A DNA stretch of 62,624 nucleotides, filler included. It is 7 parts of 7 records of this genome, joined end to end, with 100 filler letters (N's around TTAATTAATTAA, not from the genome) between each part and the next. Parts side by side here need not be neighbours in the genome. Positions count along the whole stretch, not along the records: positions 1 to 22,480 come from SRR9188676_2828; positions 22,581 to 34,148 come from SRR9188676_2830; 5 more parts are not named here. One strand, 5' to 3'. Of the stretch, positions 12,301-23,078 are shown one piece after another (within the stretch, counting starts at the first letter, position 1; each line of letters starts with the position of its first letter). The notes under the pieces are model-generated. The model saw only the letters and a program-made list of their open reading frames with translations. It ran no database searches and was not told the DNA's origin. A program made the translations under genes and the position numbers.

Positions 12301-15300
12301 AGGTCAGGCGGATGGAGGCACCACCGAGGTGAGTGACGCCAGAGATGGCCATCATGCCGTCGCGGACGAGAGCGATGGGGGTCATGGAGCCCAAGTTGCT
12401 GGAGGTGGAAGTGATAGCACCGTTGTTGACGGTCACGGGCAGGGTGAAGGTGGCAGTGGTGGAGGTCACAGAGGTCAGCTCGTAGAAGCCATCGATGGAA
12501 CCGCCATTGACGGAGGCATCAGCAGAGTCCTCGAGACCAAGGGTACCGACAACAGCGTAGTCGTCACCAGCAACAAAGCCGTGGGCAAAGCTGAAGGTCA
12601 CGGTGGCAACATTGCCAGAGGCAACAGAGATGCTAGAGAAGGGCTGCACGACACCGCGGTAGCTGGTGGGCACGAAAGTGCGGGTAGTGGTGGAAGTGCG
12701 AGTCACCTGGCTGTCCTCATGGAAAGTCATGCGGACTTGCTTGCGAGTCTCGAGGCTGGAGCCAGTCTTGCGGATGGCAAAGTCGTCGTTGGTGTTGGTG
12801 GCAGTGTCAGAGAACTGCAGGGTGATGTCCTGGCTGGCACCAGAGTTCAAGTTCAGCGAGGCAGTGGTAGCAGCATCGTCACCGAGAGTCAGGGATGCGC
12901 TCTTGCCAGCGGCGCCACCAATCACAACTTCGGAGTTGGCAGTGCTCTGGACAGAGAAGATGGTGCGGCCGGCATCGAGGGTACCGAAGGAGGTGGTGGT
13001 AGTAGCAGCACCGGTGGCGGGAGAAGTGGACAGAGTGAACTCGAACTGAGAAGTGGAGCAAGTAGCGGTCAAGCAGGACTTGCCAGTGCGCACAGTGTGA
13101 GCAGCGTTCAACTTGGAGTCGATGGAAGCAAGAGCAGTGTCCTTGGTGCCAGAGCTACCAGAGATAGTGTAGGCAGCACCGTCAACAAGGTTGTGGGCAG
13201 CAGAGGTAGTGGCGAGCACGATACCGTTGGCAGAGATAGTGTAGCCGGAGATGGTCAGAGTGGCGGAGTAGTGAGAGTCAGCAGTGAGAACAGTGCCCTT
13301 GCCGGCCTGATCGTTCAGGGTCAGGTAGGTGTTGGTGTTGGTGGCAGAGCGGACCTCGACGTAGGCAGGGGTGTCACTGCCGTCGCCCTTGAGCAACACA
13401 TTCACACCATTGGTGGACTGCAGAGTGAGAGAGGGATCCTCAACACCGTCAGTGGTCATGGTGTAGCCCTGGTAGGTGCTGTCTTCCACAGAGGCAAGGC
13501 GCAGAGAGGCAGAGCTGCCCAAGTTGGAGTTGATGTGCACAGCAGTGGTGGTATGCACGTTGCTAGAGGACTGGGCGGCAGTCAGGTCGAGGATGGGGGT
13601 GTTGAAGGCACGCACATCGTTGTCGACATTGAAGCGGGTCACGGGGGTGAACACTTCGTCGTAGTTGGTGACGTAGGGCTCCCAGATCTCGATGTCAGAG
13701 CCGTCGACGAGCGAGCCGGAGTTGGAGCCGGTGTTAACAGCCAAGTTGGCAACCAGGTAGATGTTGGAGTTGGAGATGTAGTCGATTTCCTGGATGATCC
13801 AGTTGGTGCCATCGCTGTCGCGCACACGCACGTACACACCATCGGGGAAGTTGGTGGAAGTGCAGGGGGCATTGCTGCTGGACACAACGCAGGAGCTGAT
13901 CTGAGCCTGGGAGGCCATGCGGATGATCTTCTGGCCGTTCTTGTTCTCGTCGTTGAGGCGGTTGACGTTGTCGACAGTGGACAGCTTGTACCACATCTGG
14001 CGGCGGAGCTCGAAGCTGCCATCAGTGCCGGCACCACGGACGTTAGCCCAGGCGCCATCCATGTTGTTGTCGTTAAGGAAAACGGTGGCGGATTCCTTAG
14101 TGCGGTCGGCGGTGACGTGCACACCAGCACCCATGCCAGCCAAGTCAGTCAGGGTCATGCGAGCCACATCCTCAGAGAGGATCTGGGTACGGGCAGCATT
14201 CACTTGGTCAAACTGGGCACCTTCGGTACCGCTGACAAAGTGCACAAGGTTGTAGAAAGTGGTCTCGGGGATGACAGTGAAGTTGTCGGGGGTGGCATAG
14301 GCCACAGTGGTGCCACCAGGAGCAAGGGACACGCGGCCAGCGACGTCAGAGACGGAGCCACCGGCACCAGAGGCGAGGATCAAGTCACCGCCATTGTAGC
14401 CAGAGCGACCCTGCTGACCGGAGATGGTGGTAGCCAAACCAGTGGAGGAGGCGTGCTGAGGGCGGGACAGAGTGAAAGCAGCGTCGGTGTTACCCAACAC
14501 AACGGCATCGGACTTGATGTTGGAGAGGGTCAAGTCAGTGGTGGACACGGCAGAGGTGGCAGCGAAAGTGGTGGCAGAGACGGTGCCGCCAGCAGCGATG
14601 TTGGAGGTGGCAGAGAAAGAGGCAGCAGAGGCAGCGCCAGTCATCTGCAGAGTGGCACCCTTCACGAGAGGAGCATTCACGTAGCCGGTGGAATCCAAGT
14701 TGGTCACATCGGCCTGAGTGATCTGGGCGTTGGTGCTGGTGAAGGTGGTGGAGCTCAGGGAGGCAGCAACAGTGGCAGAGCCGAGGATCTCCAAGTTGGA
14801 GGCGGCGTTCAGGGTCAGCTTGTTGGAGGAGTCAGCAAGAGTCAGGGTGTTGTCGCCAGACTGGAGCAAGACGCTTCCGCTAGCACCAGTGCCAGTGTTA
14901 AGTCCACCAATGATCTGCACGCCACCGCCATTAAGGTTGCCGAGGGCAGCCTGCTGGCCACGGAGGATGGTGTTGGCACCAGTGGCACCAACGGTAGCCT
15001 GCTGGGGTCGCACGATAGTGAAGTCAGTGGTGCCGCCGAGAGTCAGGGAGTTGCTCACAGTGATACCAGTGGAGGACAGAGTGCCGGTAGTGATACCGTT
15101 GGTGACAGTGAGGGAGTCAGAGGTCAAGCCGTTGGCAACAGTGGTGCCAGTGGAGTCGATGGTGACCTTGGGGCCAGCGGAGCCGACACCAGATTGGAGA
15201 ACCACAGCACCAGCAACACCGCCATTGGCAGCGGCACCAGCAGAGATTTGCACATTACCACCGTTCAAGGCAGCGGCAGCGCCAGAGTTGGCATTCTGAC

Positions 15301-18300
15301 CGGAGATGGTGGTGGTGGAGCCAGAGAGGGTGGCCATGGGGCGAGCAATGCTGGAGGCATAGACAGTGCCAGCAACAGTCAAGTCGGAGCTGAAGGTACC
15401 GACCTGGCCGTTGAAGGTAGTGGCAGTCAAAGTGGACACACCAGCGGTGGTCAGAGTGGCAGTGGTGGAGGTCAGGGTGTTGACAGTACCGGTAGTGATG
15501 GTGGCACTAGGGGAGCTGAGGGCAGAGGTGGCAGAGAGAGTGGGAGCAGACACGGAGGTGGCAGAAGTCACGGAGGCAGAGGCAGCCAAAGTGGCGACGG
15601 AGGCAGAGGTGGCAGAGAAAGTGGTGGACTGCAGAGTAGCAGCGGCAACAGTGCTACCGAAGGTGGCAGTGGTACCACGGAGGGTGGTCACGGTACCATC
15701 GGTGATAGTGGCAGTAGCAGCAGTAAGCGAGGTGGTGGCAGCAATGGTGGCAGCGGTGGCGCTAGTGGCAGTCACAGAGCCAGAGGCCAAGTTGGTGAAG
15801 GTACCGGTGGTGGAGGAGAAAGTGGTGGCAGCGAGCACGGGGGCAGTCACAAGGTTGGAAGCCACAGTGAGCTCGTTGTTACCAGCAGACAGAATCACCT
15901 TACCGTTGGCGCCGACGGGAGTAGACCTGGTCAAACCAGCCTTGATCACAACATCACCACCATCCTTGGAGGTGCTGGGGTGAGCATAGGAATCCTGACC
16001 GGTGATGTACAAGTCGTTACCATCACTGCTAGAGTGAGAGGGGCGGGAGACGGTGAAGTCGAAGGAAGAGGAGCCGAGCTGCATACCAGCGAGCACATTG
16101 ACGGTGTTGGCAAAAGTAGACTGACCACCGACAGTGACAGCGCTACCGAAGGTGGAAGCACCAGCAACAGCCATGGTGCTAGTAGCAGTCACAGCACCAT
16201 CAACGTTCAGGGCAGAGGTCACATGGCCAGTGCTGGCGACGGTCAAACCACCATTGATGTTCAAGGTGTTACCGACGAGGGCGGTGGTGGCGGCGCTACC
16301 GATAGTGGGAGCGGTCACGGAGGTGGAGGCAGCAAGGGTGGAAGTGCTGAGGGCGGTGGTGGTCAGAGCAGAGGAAGAGATGGTGGAAGACTGGATGGAG
16401 GTGATCAGACCGAGAGGGCTGGTCACGCTGGTGGTACCAGAGAGAGTGGTGAACACAGCAGTGGTAGAGTTGACATAGTCGAAGTAACCGTTGGTAGAGT
16501 CGACATAGGTGGCATCGATATTGGTGGCGGTGACCTTGGTCAGGGAGGCGGCAGGAGAGGAGAAAGTGGCAGCAGTGACTTGGCCAGAGAAGGTGGCAGT
16601 GGGGGCAGTGACAGCACCGTCCACATCAACAGCGAACTTCTTGGTAGCATCAGTGGAGCCAGTGACGGACAGAGTCTCAGAGGCAAGAGACTTACCGAAC
16701 ACGCGGCCGGCAGTGGCGGTGATGTTGCCAGTGCTCACAAACACACCATTGGTGGCATTGACAGTGCCAGATCGCACAAGCACGGAGCCAGTGGTGAGAT
16801 CAACATTGCCGGTGGAAACAACCATGTTGCCAGTGGAGATGGTGGCAGAGTCGGCAGTCACAGACTTGAGGGTGGTGGAGCCGGTAGTGGTCAGGGTAGT
16901 GAAGGTACCGGTAGAAGCGGTGAGAGCACCATCAGAAGCAACAGCCAAAGAGCCGATCGCAAGGGAGCCAGCAGAGAGGGCACCAGAGACAGCAGCAGAG
17001 GTAGAGCTGAAAGTGGAGGCAGAGAGAGCGCCAGTGACACCCACAGTGTGAGTGCCAGCATTGACCTTGAAGAACTGGTCAGAGCCAACGTTGATGGCGC
17101 CACCGACGTTCAAGGTGGTGGACACGTTGTGGGCAGCGTTGGAGAGAGCATAGCCAGAGGCAACCTGGAACACGTTCTGGCCACCGACACGGAAGTTCTG
17201 GGTGTCTTGGCTCTTGACAACGTCGTAGTAGACGGAGCCATCGTTGGAGTACGAGTTCGAGTTGAAGCTGGTAGCAGTGGCGTTGCCGGTGACAGTGATG
17301 GGGGCAAGGAATTGCACAGAGGAGGAGGACACAACGATCTTGGAGGTGTCAGTGGTGGTGCTAGTGCCAACAGCGATGCGGATGCTCTTGGAGCCATCAG
17401 TGGTTTCCAAGCGCATGTCAGAGACAGTGGTCACCTTGGGGGTGGTCACGGAGGTGGTGGCGGTGGCAGTGGTGAGAGCGGCAGTGGGGGCAATGAGCGC
17501 AGTGTCAGAGGACACGGTACCCTTGACAATGAGAGTCTTGGAGTTAGTGTCGAGAGTGAAGTTGCCGGAGCTGACGATGGAGGTGGCCAGGATGTCATCA
17601 GTGACAGTCAGGTCGTTGGTGACGGTCATGGTGGCAGCGGTCACAGTGTCGGCAGTGATGTCGTTCTCGACCACAAGGTCGCTAGCAGTCAGGTCGGTCA
17701 CGGTGGCATCAGGGATGGAAACAGTGCTACCAGTGGCAGCCTTGACAACAAGGTTGCCTGCATGATAGGGAGGAGAGAGATAAAGGAAGAAGTCAGAATG
17801 AATCAAGAAAGAAAAAATCAGAAAAGGAACGGGTCAATCCAGTTTTAGACACGGTTCTAACATGACGCAGCCAGATAAAGAAAGGGATTGCAGAACAGGT
17901 GAAAATAGTTGAACAATGATGAGAAGAGAAGTTAAAACGCACCAGAGGCGGATTGCACAACGGGCACAGTAACCTGAGCACCGACAACCAAGTCAGAGTC
18001 GATGTTAGCGGTATCAGCGGTCAACTCCCCAGAGGCAACGAGGGTTTCGGCAGTGAGCTTGTTGTCAACATTGACAGCGGAAGCAAGCACGCTGATGGTG
18101 TTGGAGCCTGCATAAGATAGAGAAGCAACAGAAGAATGAGACGGGTGCCATGCGACAATAATTTGGAATCGGGCGGAACAGGACAGGATGGCGAGGGAGG
18201 AGAATCATCAAACGAGGTGCAAAAAAGCGAGAATGAACATGAAGATAGTAAGAGTAGACATACCATCAGAGCCAGCCTGGATGGTGAGAGTGGAGGCAGA

Positions 18301-20834
18301 CTGGACCACGGGAGAGGTCACAGAGTTGCGGAAAGTACCAGCAGTGAAGTCACCGGTACCGGTAGTGAGGCTGGAGGAAACAAGTTTGCCTACATTCACT
18401 TGGTTGGCGGTAATCGAGACGTCTTGAGTACCTGTGACATTCAAAAACAGGAGCAGGGAGAGAGAACAATGAGCATGCACGGCTGGCGAACAGAATGGGG
18501 AGGTTCAACCTGGTCAACCTGGTACGAATGGAACATTGGAAATGCAAAAGAAGAAACAATGAACATGAAGAGACTGGGAATGAGCAATGCGCCCACCGGA
18601 ATCCGAGGAGCAAAAGCAACAACGGAAGCAGGAGTAACGCTTACCGTCAGAACCGGCGCGGATGGCGAGGGCCTCGGGAGAGGTGATACTGCGGACGAGC
18701 ACAGTGTCAGACGAGGTGGAGTTCACAGAGAGGGTGGTGGCAGACAAAGACTTGATGGAGCCAGAGGGAGAGCTGATGCTGGGAAGGAAGGCAGTGGCGG
18801 CCTCAACAGTCAAGGACTGAGTGCCGTCGCCAGCGCGGAGAGTCAGGGTCTTGCCAGAGGCAGACTTGACAATGTCAGAGGTTAAAGTCTCGGCGGTCAC
18901 AGACTCAGCGTTGGCAGTGCCGAGAGAGACAGAGGTGGCATCGGTCAGGTCCAAAGAACCAGTCACGGCAACGCTACCAGCGAGGTTGAGGGTATCAGTG
19001 GCTGAAGTTAGAAAGAAAAGGGGGAAATGAGATTAGAATGAGCGAGGTGCGGTGACCAGAGTGGATTAGAGGGAAGAGGGCGCGTTTTCACGTTGGGAGA
19101 ATGCAAACAAACATAAAATGATCAGAATGAAAGCAACTTTACCTTGGATCTTGATGCTACCAGCAGAGTTGATGGCAGTGGTAGAGAGAGCACCAGCGGT
19201 GAAGGAAGTGGCCTGGGCGGAGGTGAAGGTGGCAGCGGCAGCAGTAAGAGAGTCGGACACAACAACCTCACCAGTAAGGGTCAGGGTGTCAGTGGCTGCA
19301 TTGCAAGAGAGGAGGCAAGTGAATATCAACACAGAAAAAAGGAGAAAAGGTCGATAAACAAATACAAGATCAAGCCAACTTCTGAAACTTACGTTGGATC
19401 TTGATGCTGCCAGCAGAGTTGATGGCAGTAGTGGTCAGAGTACCAGCGGTAAGAGCGGAAGCTTGAGCGGAGGTGAAGGTAGCAGAGGCGGCGTTAAGAG
19501 AACCAGTGACGGAGACAGCTCCGGTCATGGCGATCGCATCGGTTTCTGGAAAAGGAGGGACGAAAGAGGGATATATAAGTAAGAATCTAGAGGGTAAAGC
19601 CGCTGCAAGTATCGGAAATGAAAGCAGGTGCTCACAAGATGCAGGAGCAAGGATGAGAAACAGAGGGGGGAAACGTCGAAGGAGGAATTATTAAGAGAAA
19701 GAAGACATACGGGAACCGGCGCGGATAGAAAGAGCACCAGTAGAACCAATGAGACCAGTGGTGACATTGGTGCTAGCCTTCATAACATCGAAAGAAGCAG
19801 AGGAACCAGAGGAACCAAGCAAGTTGGCATCCACAAGGACCTCGCGCTTCGATGACAGAGTCAAGGTATCTGAAAGGGATTAAAATCAATGAAGAAATGG
19901 CGATTGAAGAAAATCAGAAAGGAGTCGAGTCAACCAGAATGGACGCGGCAAACTAGCAAGAGATGAAGAGGGAAAGACAAGAAAACAGCTAAGACACTTA
20001 CTTCCGGTAGTAGAAAGAGTGGGAGAGCTCACAGCTGTGGCAGTCACGGTACCAGTGACAGAGAGCGCTGCGATGGAGGAAGATGGAATTTACAAATGAG
20101 TTTCCTACGAATTAGCGCGCCAATTTGAAAATGGAGGCAACTTACGGGAGGCCACAGTGACAGAGCTGCCAGTGGACTGCAAGAGCAGCTGCCCTTCGGC
20201 AGTCAGTTGCAAGTCGGCAGATGAAGAGAGCTCGAGAGTGTTACTCGAAGACAGCTGGAGGGCCTCGCTCGAAGAGATAGAGAGAGTGCCTTCGGAGTTA
20301 GAAAGGCTGTCTGTTGACACAGAGGGCACTTGCATTTCCTTCTCAGTGGAAGTTACAAGAGTACCCTTAACAGTGAGATCGCCATTGACAGTCACTGACT
20401 GGATGAAAGTGGAGGCACCAGTGACGGACATGGTCTCAGAGACAATAAGAGTCTCGGCTGCCATGCTTGTTACAGTGACTGACTCGGTACTGAAGATAGC
20501 GTCAGTAGAATCGATCTCGATCTGCCCAGTAGAGAACGTTAGTGGTAAGAAAAGTTGATTGTAAGGATTATTGATATACCAATTTAGATCCTGAATGAAG
20601 GAGCTGGAAGGCACCGTCTTTTTGGATGGTCAGTGAGTATTCATCGCTATCAGTCTTAAGATCAATGGTGGCGGTGTCAGTGCCTTCGATGGTGAGAGAA
20701 TCACCCAGATTCGGAAGTTGGGTAACAGCAAAAATTGCGAGAATGAACGCAACAATAATGAACATCCATGAGATAACGGTGTTCACAACGAATCCACTAT
20801 AGGAAACGGTCCGTGGAGCTGAGCGGACGTCCAT
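397..20834 (-). CDS. Giant (~6,178 aa) 14-exon Ser/Thr/Ala-rich surface protein with N-terminal TM anchor and phage-fibre-like repeats
   Basis: Hand-spliced exons: 20834-20580, 20521-20146, 20067-20002, 19869-19711, 19545-19393, 19295-19143, 19001-18645, 18431-18264, 18107-17943, 17757-2394, 2227-2071, 1879-1554, 1410-982, 805-397. All introns are GT..AG with compatible phases. Total 18,537 nt, ATG to TAA. Exon 1 has a hydrophobic segment (VISWMFIIVAFILAIFAV). Confidence 0.88.
19143..19545 (-). repeat. Tandemly duplicated 153-nt phase 1-1 exons (exons 5 and 6 of the giant gene)
   Basis: Exons 19393-19545 and 19143-19295 have equal length and both encode ..ATFTSAQA...TAG.L.TTAINSAGSIKIQ. Confidence 0.85.
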
Positions 20835-22480
20835 TTTCCCTTATGGATACAATAACACTAACAGATACAGATATGAAGGTACAGGAAACAGAATACAAAG
20901 GGTACAGGCAGACAAAGAACAAGTACAATAGTTCCCTTCCGAAGAACTGGGTGAACAAACGTTATCCGGACGCGGATTGTTTTTAAAAAACTTGGGGCTA
21001 TGTTATTTTTAGTGTAACGCATTCATAGGGGGGGTATCCACGCGAACGGGTCGAGGTGACACGTACCTTCAGACCTGGAAGATTCGCGAATGACAAGGTT
21101 ATTCTGATCATAAAAGTCCTAGAGAGTTTGCGCAACGTCTGATGAGTCTATAAGAAAGAGGAATCGCGGCTCTAGAAGAAGAGGAAAAGAGGGTCTCTGC
21201 GCGTGCGATTTCTGAAACTGCACCATCAACCATCAGTTCGTTTTCGGGGGGTCGGTTTCTTTGTGATGTGGCGATGATGATTGTTGATGAGAATGAAGGA
21301 TTGTTGTCCCGCGCAACAAAGAGTTTCTTCTTAGGCACTTTTCTCTTTTTGGGGCAATCTGGAAAACCACTTCAGCCACATTCGCCGATATTCATTGATA
21401 ATCTTTTCTATCTGAAGTCTTCTGGAGCAGGCTGGCACTCGTTTTCCGTCGGGAGTGAAATTGAGAGACAATGAAATTTGAACATTTGGGAGAATTTGAC
21501 AAGAGATGCGAGAGACGATCGAGACCAACCGCACAGTTATGGAGGAGTTGGGACCTAAATCGCAGATCGCAGCATCAGCAGAGCATCAGGCTGCATTGCA
21601 GCTCTTTTGGAGCCATCGTGGCGACAGTTCAAAAAGAAGAGTAGTGATGGCACAGGGTGGCACAAGAGGAAGGAGTGTCGCAGGTGTCACATGACAGCAC
21701 ATGACATTGATCGACCATACGGTTCCTCTTTCTCTCTCTCTTCCTGATAGAGTCTGTGGGAGAAAATTGCACAAGCTCGAAAAAATCAAAAACTGCCTTG
21801 GTCTCCTTCGCGCCCCTTCGCCCCTTCGCCCCAGTTTCCACCCTGTCTTTAGGGGTCGACTTTTCTAAAGCAGAAATCTCGTCGCTTCTCGCATTCGGTT
21901 TTCAATTTCTTTCGCATTCGATCCTCGAGACCTCGCCGTAACTACCTGATATCCAGTCTGGCGAAGAACAGAAACGGCAGATTCCCACTCCCAAAACGCG
22001 CACCGGATTTCCGTGGATTTTCCCGGATTTTTCGCCCGCGCGTATCGGTGCAGTTGATTGGTTCTTGACCTCTTGCCTTCTCTTATATTCTGAGACACCC
22101 GGATCATTTCGGTTTCCCTTTGTTCATAATGCTCGATAATCCCGAAGCAGGAAGATCCGATAAAATTGATGCATCGAACTCAAAAAGTCCAGAAAAGTCC
22201 AGTTTTAATTTTTCTCGAAACATGTGTTTTTCTACAAGCTGTTAATCTGATTCTATATGGAGAAAACATGAAACGAGTCGTTCTCATCCTGGGATTTCGA
22301 GAGCATCGGACAATACAACTCGAATACAACTCCCCTCCACTACTCATCACCACGTACAGCACAGAATTTCCACTACTTTCAGTTCAGTTCCACTCATTTT
22401 TTTCACTCATTTTCCGTTCACTTCCATTCACTATTCTGCCATCCATTCGACATCCCACCATCACACCCTACCATCACACC

Positions 22481-22580
22481 NNNNNNNNNNNNNNNNNNNN
22501 NNNNNNNNNNNNNNNNNNNNNNNNTTAATTAATTAANNNNNNNNNNNNNNNNNNNNNNNNNNNNNNNNNNNNNNNNNNNN
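22481..22580. other. Artificial contig spacer
   Basis: 44 N + TTAATTAATTAA (stops in all six frames) + 44 N. Confidence 0.97.
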
Positions 22581-22588
22581 TATTCGTG

Positions 22589-22626
22589 ACGCTACCGTGA
22601 CAGAGCATCACGGTAGCGTTGCTAGT
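22589..22626 (+). mobile_element. Candidate Helitron 3' terminus (hairpin + CTAG|T)
   Basis: Perfect 12-bp inverted repeat ACGCTACCGTGA-cagagca-TCACGGTAGCGT, then CTAG at 22622-22625 and T, at the contig edge. Confidence 0.45.
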
Positions 22627-23078
22627 GATCATTAATTTGAAGCAATTCCCTCTTGTACTTGGGGCCCACACACATAAATTAATGAATATGATTTTTTATT
22701 TCTGAAAAAAGAGAAAAAGAAAGAGGAAAGGACGAGATATTCCTTGAAGGGGCTGAGAGGAAAGCTGGTAAGCTGTATAAATAATAGCTGAATGTGGGAC
22801 ATGATCATGAGATCAGGAGAAAGATTTTCGAATGGTGTCCACACAATTAGACGATTGAGAGTTCTTGAGTTTGGAAAAGTATGAAAAGGGGAAGTGTATG
22901 TAAAGCTCAAAAATAAAGAAGAGAGGAGAAGAAACAAAAACACTCCCATACAAAACAAAACGAACAGAAAAAAAAACAATGGAAAACTCGTCCGTATATT
23001 GTCCGATCAGAGGTAGCACGGCAAAATAATCAGTCAAAAATTTTTACAAGCGTCCAAAGAACTGTACAGGAAATTCAT

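Noticed and set aside
4646-17848. 4,400-aa plus-strand ORF as a real overlapping gene
   Set aside because: It is exactly in register with the minus-strand gene, has Gly/His/Ser-rich shadow composition and no domains, and is explained by avoidance of TCA/TTA/CTA.
397-20834. Giant gene as a bacterial adhesin or a gene of a phage or giant-virus contig
   Set aside because: Thirteen phase-consistent GT-AG introns with pyrimidine tracts and branch-like CTAAC/CTGAC sites indicate a nuclear gene.
20835-22480. Short ORFs and a (CTTCGCCC)3 microrepeat upstream of the giant gene
   Set aside because: No coherent exon chain or domain was found; treated as promoter or intergenic DNA.
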